A stretch of DNA of 53,206 nt from an uncultured Candidatus Saccharibacteria bacterium (GTDB lineage Bacteria; Patescibacteriota; Saccharimonadia; Saccharimonadales; JANWIN01), in the NCBI GenBank assembly GCA_964520375.1, contig CAZFNQ010000001.1, positions 5,842-59,047 of the forward strand, written 5' to 3'. Position numbers and translations under genes: made by a program. The notes below the pieces were generated by a model. That model was not told the origin of the DNA. It was given only the letters and a program-made list of their open reading frames with translations, and did no database searches. Positions 1-11,747 of the stretch are shown here, piece after piece. Each line of letters starts with the position of its first letter. Position 1 is the stretch's first letter.

Positions 1-899
1 AATCGATTGAGATCCTAACTACCGACTGGGCTTATCGTTTCCGTCAAATCATTGCCGATAAACACACCTTGCTGGAACCAATCTTAGCCAACTATAAATT
101 AAGCGTTACACATTTAAATAACTTTATTGATGTAACCGCTGGTGGACCGCAGTTTTTTCTAGTTCACAATTTGCTGCGTTTTCCGCAGGCGCTGACCCCG
201 CCGGCTGCCTACGGTGACAGCGTCCATAAAGCCTTGCAGTGGGCCAATTCAATTCTTCGTGAAACAGGCAGGCTGCCATCTAAACGCAGTCTCCAAACCT
301 ACTTTACAGATATGCTGGATCGCAAACACCTAAAACAAACCGACTATAAGCGTTTGGCTCAGCGCGGCCAGGAGGCCTTGGGACGCTATTTAAAAGACCG
401 TCGAAGCAGCTTTAGTGCCCAGGATTTGATTGAGAGGGGCTTTAATAACGAAGGAGCAATTGTTAATAGTGCTCGTCTGAGCGGTAAGATTGATAAAATG
501 CACTTTACCGGCGTCGGTAGACTTCAAGTTATAGATTTTAAGACCGGTCCACCAGCCAAATCATGGCAGGCTAAAGCCGACTATGAGAAAGTTAAGCTTC
601 ACAAGTACCGCCAACAGTTGCTATTTTATAAACTACTGGTTGAACAATCCGCTAGTTTTAGTAAAAAGCTAAATGTTGAATCGGGTACTCTGGAGTTTAT
701 TGAACCAGACAGCGAAGGCGCATTGGTAGACAACCTGAATATGAGTTTTGACTCGGGAGAACTACAAAAATTCAGAAAACTAATTGGCATCGTCTGGCAA
801 CACATAATGGCACTTAATTTTCCAGACATCCACGCCTATCCAAAAAACTTGGCCGGTATAACCCAGTTCGAAGACGACCTACTGACTGGCAAAATATAA
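1..899 (+). CDS. C-terminal PD-(D/E)XK (RecB-like) nuclease domain of a UvrD/AddA-type helicase-nuclease; 5' end lies outside the window
   Basis: The frame is open from nt 3 with no stop before the listed TTG at 69, so the gene is truncated by the window edge. Motifs GKIDKM..VIDFKTG and QQLLFYKLL fit the D..(D/E)xK..QxxxY pattern of RecB-family nucleases. Confidence 0.55.
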   Translation, partial: SIEILTTDWAYRFRQIIADKHTLLEPILANYKLSVTHLNNFIDVTAGGPQFFLVHNLLRFPQALTPPAAYGDSVHKALQWANSILRETGRLPSKRSLQTYFTDMLDRKHLKQTDYKRLAQRGQEALGRYLKDRRSSFSAQDLIERGFNNEGAIVNSARLSGKIDKMHFTGVGRLQVIDFKTGPPAKSWQAKADYEKVKLHKYRQQLLFYKLLVEQSASFSKKLNVESGTLEFIEPDSEGALVDNLNMSFDSGELQKFRKLIGIVWQHIMALNFPDIHAYPKNLAGITQFEDDLLTGKI

Positions 900-935
900 A
901 AGGCGCCCCTAGTTACGTGGCGCCTTAATTATTTT
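900..935. terminator. Bidirectional intrinsic terminator hairpin between convergent genes
   Basis: AAGGCGCC (900-907) pairs with GGCGCCTT (919-926), an 8-bp GC-rich stem with an 11-nt loop. T/A-rich runs follow on both strands. Confidence 0.5.
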
Positions 936-949
936 AACTATTTTTTTAT

Positions 950-1606
950 TTAACGTCTGCTTCTTTTTGGTCGGGAAGAGTTCGTGACTGTTGAAGCCGC
1001 ATACATTAAGGCGTAAATGTTAGAACCGACTACAGCGCCTGCTATCGGACCAACTGCATATGACCAATCCCATGACTGGATGCCTAAAGCTACAGCTGGG
1101 TTAATAATACCGTTTGCTCCCAGTGAGGCAACCAAGATACCCAAAGCGTAGGAAGCTCCAACCACAAAAGTGGTTTTAGCCGGGTCTAGCTTTTGAATCA
1201 TAGCTGCGGCTGCACCGTAGGTAAAGACGGCTGTACCAACACCCTCAGCAATAGCTACCCGCCAAGCAAAGTGCGGTCCAGCAATACTGGTCAGTGAATG
1301 ACCTAAGAAATAGCGTATTAGACCCCAAGCGGCTAGGCCACCTAAGACTTGAGAAGCAATGTAGACCACCGCGTGCGGTGTATCAATTTTACGCATAACC
1401 CACATGCTGATAGTGACAGCTGGGTTAACGTGTGCGCCAGTTATGCTGCCAATTGTCAGCACCAGGACGCCTAAAGTAAGACCACCGGCTAAACCGCTAA
1501 ACAGCGGGAACGATGTTCTAGCCAACATGGCATAAAACACCAGTGATAATACCCCCACACCCAAAAACTCCGCCACAATCATGGCGATCTTCTTTCGTCC
1601 AAACAT
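950..1606 (-). CDS. MIP-family channel (aquaporin/glycerol facilitator)
   Basis: Two NPA boxes (HVNPAVT and INPAVA), six hydrophobic segments, and an AAGGAGG SD 8 nt upstream of the ATG. Confidence 0.9.
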   Translation of the reverse strand: MFGRKKIAMIVAEFLGVGVLSLVFYAMLARTSFPLFSGLAGGLTLGVLVLTIGSITGAHVNPAVTISMWVMRKIDTPHAVVYIASQVLGGLAAWGLIRYFLGHSLTSIAGPHFAWRVAIAEGVGTAVFTYGAAAAMIQKLDPAKTTFVVGASYALGILVASLGANGIINPAVALGIQSWDWSYAVGPIAGAVVGSNIYALMYAASTVTNSSRPKRSRR

Positions 1607-1699
1607 ATGGATCCCTCCTTAATTTATAACCATAGCATAGTACACTTTTGCTATTTTGCAAATTAGTTATACACAGTTAAAAGTATTAGGCTCTCTTGT

Positions 1700-2581
1700 T
1701 TAGCGGATGATGAGCATATTCTTAGTCAGCGAATAGGTAGTACCGTACTGCCACTGCAACAAAGCATGTAGCATTAAGCTGTACTCTTTAGCGTTATTAG
1801 AGAAAATTTTAGCTATTCTTGTCAGGGGATCTACGTCCACTTGGAAAGTTGGAATGTCAGCGTTGTCACGGTCGTTGCTGTAGCCTTTGCGACCATTAAT
1901 TTTGGCGCCTTGGGCCCAGTGATTATGCCGGAGATTGTCCGGATCATTTTTAAAGGCATCGTTTTCACCGTTTAGTGTCTCAACTACTCCACCTTTGGCT
2001 GCTACAGTTTCTTGGATAAGTGCCTTGCGGAATTTTTGCCATTTTAGATCACTTGTCATACGCTCATAACCAATTTGTGCACGGTGCCAATTATCTAAAT
2101 CAAAATTATCACCTAAATCTATTTTGGCTTGCTTGATCCATAGTTCATCAGAAGCGTGTTCGGCAATATTGGACTCGATACCGTTGGCCTGGTCGACTGA
2201 TCCGCAGCCAGTCTTTTCGTGATCATGAAGAGGTTTATGGCGATGGGCGCCAAGTTTTTCGCCGCCATCCATTAAATGGTCAGCAATTTCGCCCACAATT
2301 ACTTCTGGCCCGGCTTCGACTTGAGTATCGGTAAGTCCCGCCCATCCAACAGCACCAACGGCAAATAAAGCTGAGCCAAGATTACCAGCAGCCACTTTTT
2401 CACGAACCGGTTGTTTACCTTCAACGGAATTTCGCTCATCAATACAGACCACATGCGGATCTTCAACTGGCTTTTGAGATTTATCACTGGCTTCAATAAT
2501 TTCCGAAACACGGAATTCTCCAGTTGGCTCAATAACACCAGTACCAGCTGCAAAAACTACGGCTCTATCAGAGAGAGGCAT
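1700..2581 (-). CDS. Hypothetical soluble protein with a Cys/His cluster (CIDER ... HRHKPLHDHEKTGCGS)
   Basis: Long ORF. I prefer the internal ATG at 2581 (MPLSDRAVV) because AAGGAG lies 9 nt upstream; the longer 2647 start has no SD. Confidence 0.55.
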   Translation of the reverse strand: MPLSDRAVVFAAGTGVIEPTGEFRVSEIIEASDKSQKPVEDPHVVCIDERNSVEGKQPVREKVAAGNLGSALFAVGAVGWAGLTDTQVEAGPEVIVGEIADHLMDGGEKLGAHRHKPLHDHEKTGCGSVDQANGIESNIAEHASDELWIKQAKIDLGDNFDLDNWHRAQIGYERMTSDLKWQKFRKALIQETVAAKGGVVETLNGENDAFKNDPDNLRHNHWAQGAKINGRKGYSNDRDNADIPTFQVDVDPLTRIAKIFSNNAKEYSLMLHALLQWQYGTTYSLTKNMLIIR

Positions 2582-2731
2582 ATAACTTTCTCCTTCTTGT
2601 ATATCTATATATTGTCCTGGAATTTCCATAAAGATATACATTAACACTTTTTTATTTGTAATGAAAGATACATTTTAGTAGTGACATATATCACTGCCGG
2701 CAAACCCATTCTCTGTTATATTTCAAAAATC

Positions 2732-3172
2732 ATGGCTAAAACTGAACCTGCTATGGAGCAACCCCGTCCAAAAGTAGATGATGACATTGTCTATGGTTTA
2801 CGTATGGATCTGCGATCCGACCCCAGTATGGCTGATACAATTTTTAGACTCATCGCTAATGACCAGCCAACCTATACCCGACAGGGCATGTACATGGCTC
2901 AAGAACGTTCACACGGTGACCCGGTTCGTCAAGAAGGCTGGTTAGAAGGTTATGTAGTCGGTGCCGAAGCTCATCGCCGACAAGACACACGCTTGGCCAT
3001 TCAACAACGCAGCAATGAAATCTCCGAGCCGGTAGATTGGGATAATGTTACGCCGATAGAACGAGTAAGGAAACGGCGTTTTAAACCGATTAGGCTATGG
3101 CTTGGGGGAGTGGCAGCGGCTCAGCTTATTAATAAGAATAAGCCCAAATCAAAACCTTTGGAAGAAATTTAG
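2732..3172 (+). CDS. Hypothetical protein with a basic C-terminus and one predicted TM
   Basis: ORF with an ATG at 2732, 9 nt downstream of TGTTATATT (2714-2722). The listed GTG at 2681 is a less likely start. Confidence 0.45.
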   Translation: MAKTEPAMEQPRPKVDDDIVYGLRMDLRSDPSMADTIFRLIANDQPTYTRQGMYMAQERSHGDPVRQEGWLEGYVVGAEAHRRQDTRLAIQQRSNEISEPVDWDNVTPIERVRKRRFKPIRLWLGGVAAAQLINKNKPKSKPLEEI

Positions 3173-3609
3173 CGTTGACGTTGGTGGTGTCGCCGCAGTC
3201 CAGCCACTTTAAGCCGGACAGCGTGGCGATCCATTAAGCTTTGTGCTTGGCTAAGTTCAACTTTGTCCTTGGCCGCGCGGGCCAGCTGTTGAGCGCGGTC
3301 AAAAGCTTTCTGAGCCTCTTGCTCGTTAATCTCATCCTCGCGGTCGGCCTCATCGACCAACACCCGCACTTTGTTGTCAACGACTTCAATAGCTCCGCCG
3401 TTAGTGGCAAAATATTCAAGTTTGCTATCTGGGTCTTCAGGCCGTCGCCTGACAGCTATTACACCTGGCGCGGCCAAAGAAACCAGGGGAATGTGGTGTG
3501 GCAAAACGGCAATTTCACCATCAGGTGTTGGCAAAATAACTTCATAAACATCTTCACCGAATTTAGTTCCGTTGAGCGTAACTAGTTCAAAATGAATAAC
3601 ATCAGCCAT
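3169..3609 (-). CDS. atpC: F1 ATP synthase epsilon subunit
   Basis: N-terminal beta-sandwich signature (LVTLNG..EVILPTPDGEIAVLPHHIPLVS) plus a C-terminal helical hairpin, as the last gene of the atp operon. The ATG at 3609 overlaps the upstream stop as TGATG; a GTG at 3612 is also possible. Confidence 0.9.
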   Translation of the reverse strand: MADVIHFELVTLNGTKFGEDVYEVILPTPDGEIAVLPHHIPLVSLAAPGVIAVRRRPEDPDSKLEYFATNGGAIEVVDNKVRVLVDEADREDEINEQEAQKAFDRAQQLARAAKDKVELSQAQSLMDRHAVRLKVAGLRRHHQRQR

Positions 3610-4127
3610 CACTCATCTCTCTTTTGGCGCTTTTCAATTTCCGATACTAGTTCAGAGCCTTTGGGTGGCCAAACTTGAGCCAATGGTTCTTCTGGCTCGA
3701 TATATGTTCCATCCATCATACAAATGACTTCGCCTATATTTTTAGCTTTCGGATAAGTGCCTGACAACCATACATTAAATGCATCCGCCACTTTCGCGTG
3801 AGTATTAGTTATGGAATTGTCAAAAATCTCTTCGGGCTTTACCCCAGATGTAGGACGTGTCGATTTGTAAACTATATCTTCTAACGACTCTTTGGTGTCA
3901 AGCGTAGCAGCAACATGCTCTTTAATAATATCTGTTGTGAGAACTTCTGCTTCATCTCGCCGACGCATGGCATCGTTAATTGCAGGAGCAGGGAATTTTG
4001 GGTCATCAGATCTAAAGCCTAAGTGATTGGTTGGATCCCAAGTAGCGAAGTCAGCGATGTGACCGTCTGGCGGTCGATCGCCACTAATTTTGTAACCTTC
4101 TTCACCTGGTTCTAGTGGTTGAGCCAT
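3609..4127 (-). CDS. Unknown 172-aa protein inserted between atpD and atpC
   Basis: Same strand as the operon. Its ATG directly abuts the atpD TAG (TAGATG) and its TGA overlaps the atpC ATG. It has no TM and no recognisable motif. Confidence 0.6.
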   Translation of the reverse strand: MAQPLEPGEEGYKISGDRPPDGHIADFATWDPTNHLGFRSDDPKFPAPAINDAMRRRDEAEVLTTDIIKEHVAATLDTKESLEDIVYKSTRPTSGVKPEEIFDNSITNTHAKVADAFNVWLSGTYPKAKNIGEVICMMDGTYIEPEEPLAQVWPPKGSELVSEIEKRQKRDE

Positions 4128-5534
<1,407 letters not shown>

Positions 5535-5876
5535 TTAAAAAATTCTTTCAGGTCTCTTAAGACCGTTATCAATGGTGCGATGGGCCAGTTCCTCGTCAGA
5601 GACCAGCAAACCATTATCAAGCAGCAACTTTGCGTAGTTGGCTTTCCCCCTAACTTGAGCAAAGGCCACAACCGCATCATGCCCAATGCAATTTATTGTT
5701 TGCTCTGCCCACATACTTGGATCTTGACCTGGCTGATCTAGAGCAAGCTCCATAACAATTCGCACCGATTCACCAATTCGTGCTAGTTCCGAATGTGAAT
5801 AATCACGATGGTACTGCAAAGCGATGTCTATTGCACCAATTCCTTGGTCAGTTGGTGAGGTAAGGCTTGTTCTCAT
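5535..5876 (-). CDS. Unknown 113-aa protein inserted between atpG and atpD
   Basis: Its ATG overlaps the atpG stop (ATGA) and its TAA stop sits immediately before the atpD SD. Without this ORF there would be a 347-nt gap inside a tightly packed operon. Confidence 0.5.
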   Translation of the reverse strand: MRTSLTSPTDQGIGAIDIALQYHRDYSHSELARIGESVRIVMELALDQPGQDPSMWAEQTINCIGHDAVVAFAQVRGKANYAKLLLDNGLLVSDEELAHRTIDNGLKRPERIF

Positions 5877-6742
5877 TGCCCAATAGCCTCCGCGCCGCCG
5901 GTTATCTCGGCAAGTTCTTGAGTGATGGCCGCCTGGCGGGCAGTGTTAAATGCCAAGGTTAAATCATCTATCAAATCATTGGCATTATCGGTAGCATTTT
6001 TCATAGCCATCATACGCATCGAGTGTTCACTGGCACTGGCCTCGGCGAAGGCCTGATTAAGCTGAGCCTCAATAAGCCGGATAGTGATGTTATCTAGGAC
6101 TTCCTGGACTGAGGGTTCAAACAGAGCATCGTCTAAATTGGTGGGAGTATTTACTTGCTCAAAACCAGCCGGCAGCAAACGCTGGCTTTTGGCAGTTTGG
6201 ACAATCGAAGATATATAGTCAGTGAATAATACATCGGCTGCGTCAATTTGGCGGTCTGTGAAGGCATCTATGATGGTGTTGAGTATCGGGCGTAAGTCAT
6301 TTGCCGTGGGGCTTGAGGCAAAATCTTGATAGGCGGCGACAATTTCAACATTATTAAGTCGGCTGGCAAACTTAAAACCTTGCTTGCCAACTACAATGAT
6401 CTTACTGGTGACGCCGTTTTGCTTATCCTGAATTAGCTCGGCGGTTAGTTGTCTCAGTACATTGGTGTTGTAGGCACCGGCTAAGCCACGGTCGCTGGTA
6501 ATAACAATATGCATACGAGTCTTTAGGGGACGTTGTTTATATAGTGGATGTTGACTGACATTGGTCAGCTGGCCTAAACGATTCAATATTTCAAGTGCCA
6601 GGTTGCGGAAATCACGGCTCTTTATGGCTGCCTCTTGGGCTCGGCGCATTTTGCTTGCTGCTACCAGCTCCATGGCTTTAGTGATCTGCCTAGTACTACG
6701 CACGGCCTTAATTCTAGTCTTAAGCGTTCTTGTCTGGGCCAT
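5873..6742 (-). CDS. atpG: F1 ATP synthase gamma subunit
   Basis: N-terminal [27 protein letters not shown] and C-terminal [13 protein letters not shown] coiled-coil signatures. Confidence 0.95.
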   Translation of the reverse strand: MAQTRTLKTRIKAVRSTRQITKAMELVAASKMRRAQEAAIKSRDFRNLALEILNRLGQLTNVSQHPLYKQRPLKTRMHIVITSDRGLAGAYNTNVLRQLTAELIQDKQNGVTSKIIVVGKQGFKFASRLNNVEIVAAYQDFASSPTANDLRPILNTIIDAFTDRQIDAADVLFTDYISSIVQTAKSQRLLPAGFEQVNTPTNLDDALFEPSVQEVLDNITIRLIEAQLNQAFAEASASEHSMRMMAMKNATDNANDLIDDLTLAFNTARQAAITQELAEITGGAEAIGQ

Positions 6743-8300
6743 TTTCTACTTTCTCCGCCTTAGTTTCTTGGCTCCTGTATTGTGAAGCTATAGAATTGGC
6801 AGTGTCGGTGATTAACTTCTTGATTTTATCGTCGGGTGCATCGCCTTTATTGAGCTCTACCATTTCGCTACCATGCTCACTATGTAATTGAGTCAATAAA
6901 TTAGCTTGGGCCTTTTTAACATTACTAAGCGGCACGGTGTCGAAGCTTCCTTCATTGGCAGCCATTAATATAGCGGTTTGTTCCCAAACACTAAGCGGCG
7001 AATACTGTGGTTGCTTAAGCAGCTCGGTTAGGCGTTGACCGCGTTCAATCCGGGCCTTAGTTTCCTCATCCAGATCAGTTGAAAACTGACTAAAGGCGGC
7101 AAGTTCACGGAATTGGGCCAGATTTAGTCTTAGTTGCCCGGCCACGCTTTTAACAGCTTTAGTTTGGGCGGCACCACCAACGCGAGATACACTCAGACCC
7201 ACCGAAATAGCCGGACGTATACCTTGATAAAACAAATCTGTTTCCATAAAGATTTGGCCATCGGTAATGGAAATAACGTTAGTCGGAATATAGGCGCTAA
7301 TGTCACCGGCTTGAGTTTCAATAATAGGTAGGGCAGTAAGCGAACCGGCTCCCAGCTTGTCACTTAACTTGGCTGCTCTCTCCAATAACCGTGAGTGTAA
7401 GTAAAAGACATCACCCGGATAAGCCTCTCGACCTGGCGGGCGACGCAGCAGGAGAGACATTTGGCGGTAAGCCGCAGCATGCTTGGATAGATCATCATAA
7501 ATAATCAGGGCATGTTTTTTATTGTCGCGGAAATATTCACCCATGGTGCAACCGGCATAAGGCGCCAGGTATTGCAGGCTTGCTGGGTCAGCAGCCGAAG
7601 TGGCGACTATAATAGTTTGCTCCATAACGCCTTCGCGCTTGAGCCGCTCGACTATACGGGCCACCTTGCTCAGCTTCTGGCCAATAGCCACATAAATGTT
7701 TATAACGCCAGTTTCTTGGCGACGCTGATTTATCATGGTGTCGACAGCCACGGCGGTCTTGCCAGTTTGGCGATCGCCAATTATTAGCTCACGCTGACCA
7801 CGGCCAATAGGCACCATTGAATCAATGGCAATCAATCCTGTCATTAGCGATTCATGCACACTGCGGCGATCTAGCACCCCAGGCGCAACTTGTTCTACTG
7901 GACTGGTTTGCTTGGTTTTAATTGGACCCTTGTCGTCCAATGGACGTCCCAGCGGATCAACCACCCGGCCGACTAGTTCAGGGCCGACCGGTACTTGTAA
8001 AATTTTGCCAGTTAAATGTACCTTAGCACCAGCACTGACAGTTGATTCCTCAGCCAAAAGCACGGCGCCAATTTCGTCTTCAGTTAGATTAAGAGCAAAA
8101 GCCGATATTTTGCTTCCTTCATTAGACTCAATTTCCAGCATCTCGGAAAAACCACAACCACTCAGCCCATAAATCCAGGCAATGCCATCACCGACGCGAG
8201 TGACTATGCCAACAGTCTCAACCTGCGGTGAGCGTTTCAGCTTTTCTATGGCTTCCCGGATATCGGCACTGAGTTCTTTGACTGATAAATCTTGTGCCAC
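6720..8300 (-). CDS. atpA: F1 ATP synthase alpha subunit with a short C-terminal extension
   Basis: Walker A GDRQTGKT and the motifs YDDLSKHA and [21 protein letters not shown]. Its 3' end overlaps the atpG start by 23 nt. Confidence 0.97.
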   Translation of the reverse strand: MAQDLSVKELSADIREAIEKLKRSPQVETVGIVTRVGDGIAWIYGLSGCGFSEMLEIESNEGSKISAFALNLTEDEIGAVLLAEESTVSAGAKVHLTGKILQVPVGPELVGRVVDPLGRPLDDKGPIKTKQTSPVEQVAPGVLDRRSVHESLMTGLIAIDSMVPIGRGQRELIIGDRQTGKTAVAVDTMINQRRQETGVINIYVAIGQKLSKVARIVERLKREGVMEQTIIVATSAADPASLQYLAPYAGCTMGEYFRDNKKHALIIYDDLSKHAAAYRQMSLLLRRPPGREAYPGDVFYLHSRLLERAAKLSDKLGAGSLTALPIIETQAGDISAYIPTNVISITDGQIFMETDLFYQGIRPAISVGLSVSRVGGAAQTKAVKSVAGQLRLNLAQFRELAAFSQFSTDLDEETKARIERGQRLTELLKQPQYSPLSVWEQTAILMAANEGSFDTVPLSNVKKAQANLLTQLHSEHGSEMVELNKGDAPDDKIKKLITDTANSIASQYRSQETKAEKVENGPDKNA

Positions 8301-8311
8301 TATGTATTCCT

Positions 8312-8719
8312 TTACGCCCCGTTAGTAGTTAGTTGTGATAAATGGCGCAGCTTGGCCCTAAGCGTTAAGTCTAACTGAATATCTGGTGTTTCCAGCCTAA
8401 CGCCGCCCAGTAATGACTGGTCGCGTTGGCTATTCATAATAACCTGACGAGCGTTCTTGTGAGTGGCTTTAATTATTTGTTCGAGTTCTCGGCGGATTTG
8501 GTCGCTCAGCTCAAAAGCGCTGGTGACCTCGGCCTCATAGCTGCCGGATTGGGCGCGTAGTTCTAGCAACTTGCGCATTAAACTGTCCAGTTCCTTAGTC
8601 CGACGCTCGCTAACCAGATAAGCGGCAACAATTTGGGCAATTTTATCAGCTGGCAGCTTGCTATTTAGCAGTTCATTAACGGCCGTGGCGATTTGGCGAG
8701 TAGTGGCTTTAGTGCTCAT
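8312..8719 (-). CDS. atpH: ATP synthase delta (OSCP) subunit, unusually short at 135 aa
   Basis: Positioned between atpF and atpA. Its C-terminal signature [22 protein letters not shown] matches the delta pattern (GG..i..gd..iD.S). Confidence 0.8.
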   Translation of the reverse strand: MSTKATTRQIATAVNELLNSKLPADKIAQIVAAYLVSERRTKELDSLMRKLLELRAQSGSYEAEVTSAFELSDQIRRELEQIIKATHKNARQVIMNSQRDQSLLGGVRLETPDIQLDLTLRAKLRHLSQLTTNGA

Positions 8720-9261
8720 CGTCTGGCCTCCTGCAAAGCCTTTTCTATCAGCTTTCTATCCTGAGGAGCATCTAAACGTTGATCGATCACGATTTCGCTA
8801 GCCTCTGCCACGAGCGTTAGCATTTCTGCCTCCAGATTTTTACGGGCCTGAGCTAAATCGTCGGCTATACGCGCCTGGGCATCGCTTAGCATGACTTCGG
8901 CTTTGCGGGCTGCCGATTCTTCAGCTGCTTTTAGCATAGTAGCCACGTCTTGCTGACCGGCGGCAATAATTTTATCGGCTTCGACCCGAGCTTTTTGCAA
9001 CAGTATTTCTACTTGCTCGTCTAAACGCTGCTTTTCCTCGGCCATCTTTATACCCAGATCAACGCCTTGATCAATAGTTCTGCGCCGCTCGTCCAGAGCC
9101 GTTATAATTTTGGCGAAAGCAAACTTCTTAAGCAGCCAAAATACCAGTACAAAAGTGGCAATCTGCAAAATCAGAGATTTTACATCCACGCCCAAGGCAG
9201 CAATGCCGCCACCACTCTCAGCAGCGAATAGTCTTGGAACTGATATTAAACTTTCTACCAC
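8716..9261 (-). CDS. atpF: ATP synthase Fo subunit b
   Basis: Single N-terminal TM followed by a long charged helix, in the expected operon position. Confidence 0.85.
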   Translation of the reverse strand: MVESLISVPRLFAAESGGGIAALGVDVKSLILQIATFVLVFWLLKKFAFAKIITALDERRRTIDQGVDLGIKMAEEKQRLDEQVEILLQKARVEADKIIAAGQQDVATMLKAAEESAARKAEVMLSDAQARIADDLAQARKNLEAEMLTLVAEASEIVIDQRLDAPQDRKLIEKALQEARR

Positions 9262-9349
9262 AGAACTCCTTAATCTTTAGGCCTAGCTTCAAAACCTAGG
9301 CAAAATGTACTTTTTGACTGTGCTATTCAACACTCAATACTGAAAAGTA

Positions 9350-9595
9350 CTACAATGTGAAGACAACAACTAATACGTAAATAGCAATCGCTTCTACCAA
9401 GGCTGCACTAATAAGCAGTATTGGCAAAATACGACCGGCAATCTCGGGATTGCGGCCAATGGCTTTCATCACGCTGCTACCAATCATGCCCAAGCTGAAA
9501 GCCGGCATAATGGTACCAATGGCAATGGTCATGCCTTTGACAAAACTAGGATTGGCAAGCGCTGATGTGCTTGAATCCGCCAGTAGGTGTAACAT
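9350..9595 (-). CDS. atpE: ATP synthase Fo subunit c
   Basis: 81-aa two-helix hairpin with an RNPE loop and the ion-binding Glu in LVEAIAIY. The E is followed by A, which suggests the H+ type. Confidence 0.9.
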   Translation of the reverse strand: MLHLLADSSTSALANPSFVKGMTIAIGTIMPAFSLGMIGSSVMKAIGRNPEIAGRILPILLISAALVEAIAIYVLVVVFTL

Positions 9596-9636
9596 ATGTC
9601 TCTCCTTTTTAGTTACGTTATTTTATCATATCACTT

Positions 9637-10476
9637 TTAACCAGGTGTACCCTGAGCAACCATATCTTCTGTCGCCGGTTTACTGATCATTGAGTGGTCT
9701 GATACTTCCTCATACCCATCTTCAGGGTGGGTGGTAGCCAAGGTAAGATAAACGATTACCAAGGTAGTAAACACAAATGCCTGCACAAAGCCTATAAACA
9801 GCTCCATAAAAATAAACGGCAAGGTCGAGGCCGGCGAGCCCACTCCCGTAATTGAAGCCAGTACTAGCAGCAAGACTTCACCAGCAAATATATTCCCAAA
9901 TAAACGCAGGGCCAGACTGGCAACGCGGGTAAACTCGCCCAAAAGCTCCAGCAAGCCGACAAACAGGTTTATAGGGTTCCAGGGCTGAGTGCTAAAATAA
10001 TGGGTCAAGACACCTTTAAACTTAAGCTCCCGCAGAGAATAAACCTGAATAATAATAATTGAACTTATTGACAGCGCCAGTGTACCGGTTAAATCTGATG
10101 TCCAGGCGCGAAGTAACGGCTCGCCATGATACTTTATGCTGCCGACACCAGGCAGCAGACCAGCCCAGTTATTGAACATAATAAACAAGAATAGGGTCAG
10201 CAAAAACGGAGCATATTTCATGGCCTTCTTACGATCGTGCATGACCTCGGCAGCCAGGTTTATAACCCCGTCACACAGCAGCTCAACAATAGTTATAGTG
10301 CGACCGCTGGATTTAATCTTAATACGGCTAGCCGCAAACACCAGACCTAGAACTAATAGCGCGCTGACAAGCCAGCCTAAAATCATGGAATTGGATATAC
10401 TTACCCCTAAAAATGTAGTAATTCGCTCGGCGTGAGGCAAAACCGTCGGAACACTGCTTGAAAAGGTATTAATCAC
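9637..10476 (-). CDS. atpB: ATP synthase Fo subunit a
   Basis: Polytopic membrane protein with the essential Arg motif LALRLFGNIFAGE. Confidence 0.92.
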   Translation of the reverse strand: MINTFSSSVPTVLPHAERITTFLGVSISNSMILGWLVSALLVLGLVFAASRIKIKSSGRTITIVELLCDGVINLAAEVMHDRKKAMKYAPFLLTLFLFIMFNNWAGLLPGVGSIKYHGEPLLRAWTSDLTGTLALSISSIIIIQVYSLRELKFKGVLTHYFSTQPWNPINLFVGLLELLGEFTRVASLALRLFGNIFAGEVLLLVLASITGVGSPASTLPFIFMELFIGFVQAFVFTTLVIVYLTLATTHPEDGYEEVSDHSMISKPATEDMVAQGTPG

Positions 10477-10769
10477 GCTTTATCACCTTTAAAAAAGTCC
10501 GGGTAGAGAGCTTTAATTTGACGATATACCAATAAACTGGCAATAGCTAACGATAGGAACAAACCAATTAAGGTAAACAGCGGTTGAGTGTGGTTATGTT
10601 TATCGATTTGTATGCCGATGTAGCAGAGCAGCAAAATTGGCAAGGCCACCCGCCAAGTGGTATCCATAAGTTGAATAGCAATAAGCCAACCCTCGCGGCT
10701 GGGTCTAATCCCACTCTCCCTGGGAGTCGTCTTGGGGCTGTCTTTAACCCCTTTGGCGGCTGTCTTCAT
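10473..10769 (-). CDS. AtpI/AtpZ-like small membrane protein, first gene of the atp operon
   Basis: 98 aa with two TM segments. It overlaps the atpB start by 4 nt and sits in the typical operon position. Confidence 0.6.
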   Translation of the reverse strand: MKTAAKGVKDSPKTTPRESGIRPSREGWLIAIQLMDTTWRVALPILLLCYIGIQIDKHNHTQPLFTLIGLFLSLAIASLLVYRQIKALYPDFFKGDKA

Positions 10770-10777
10770 CTCTTGGC

Positions 10778-10786
10778 ATTATATCA
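10778..10786 (-). promoter_or_regulatory. Extended -10 box (TGATATAAT) of the atp operon; apparently leaderless
   Basis: The reverse complement of 10778-10786 reads TGATATAAT. Only 8 nt separate it from the ATG at 10769 and no SD is present. Confidence 0.5.
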
Positions 10787-10900
10787 GTTGATAAGAGGTG
10801 GGCGCAATAGAAAAACCAAAAAATAAAGGTAATTACTATAACGCCAGTATTACTACAAAAAGTATAGCAATAAGTGCCCGAGTTATGTAAAATTAAAGCT

Positions 10901-11140
10901 ATGGTAACTGTTTATTCAACGACTTGGTGTGCATTCTGCCACGCTGCCAAACAGTATTTTGATCACTTAGGTGTTAAATACGAAGACAAAGATGTCGAGA
11001 AAGACGCTATGGCCGCTAACGAAGCCGTTGGCAAGTCCGGCCAAATGGGAGTGCCGGTTATTGATATAGATGGACTGATTGTAGTCGGTTTTGACCGTCC
11101 TAAAATTGACGCCAGCCTACGCGAAAAAAAGCTAATTTAA
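10901..11140 (+). CDS. Glutaredoxin-like protein (NrdH/YruB type)
   Basis: The motifs VYSTTWCAFCHAAKQYF (CxxC) and GVPVI indicate a thioredoxin fold. I prefer the ATG at 10901 over the listed GTG at 10874. Confidence 0.8.
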   Translation: MVTVYSTTWCAFCHAAKQYFDHLGVKYEDKDVEKDAMAANEAVGKSGQMGVPVIDIDGLIVVGFDRPKIDASLREKKLI

Positions 11141-11197
11141 ACATCCTTTTTTCAAATTGCATAAATATGTTATACTTAGAATAATTGAAAGGTATTT

Positions 11198-11683
11198 ATG
11201 CAGCAACAAACTAGGTTAAGCTTGGATAGAGATCCAGCGACGCCATTTATTATCTCCCCACCAGCTGACGAAGCCCAGCGTGATTTTTTAATGTCTTTCC
11301 GCCAGAGCGCTATTGATGAACCTGATCTTGTCAAGGCCGGTATGGAAGCTTATTTCGGAATGGCTTTTAGCGGCGTTTGTGAACAAGAAGAGCGCATACA
11401 AAGAACTGACAGATTTATCGAACAGATGTCAGGCAATCCTAAGTTGCTAAAAATCGTCGACCAACTTCGGGTCATAATTAGCAGCGACCTATACGTTGAT
11501 TTAATGGATTTTGAACAAAGAGAAGGTTTAATTAGCTCCAACCCAATAATACAAGAACTTGATCGAACAATTGAAGCTTATCCCGGTCGTATCGGTTTTG
11601 AGATGCAAAGACGCGGTCTTAGATTAAGCTTGGGTTTATTAAACCTAGATAAAATACCAGGCTTCGCGGGGTCTAGCGAATAA
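11198..11683 (+). CDS. Hypothetical protein
   Basis: 161-aa ORF with no recognisable motif. Confidence 0.45.
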   Translation: MQQQTRLSLDRDPATPFIISPPADEAQRDFLMSFRQSAIDEPDLVKAGMEAYFGMAFSGVCEQEERIQRTDRFIEQMSGNPKLLKIVDQLRVIISSDLYVDLMDFEQREGLISSNPIIQELDRTIEAYPGRIGFEMQRRGLRLSLGLLNLDKIPGFAGSSE

Positions 11684-11747
11684 TCAACGCTAGCCAGTAC
11701 GAAAAAGCCAGCCAAGAATCTAGGGGAATAAGGCATAATAGTATTTG

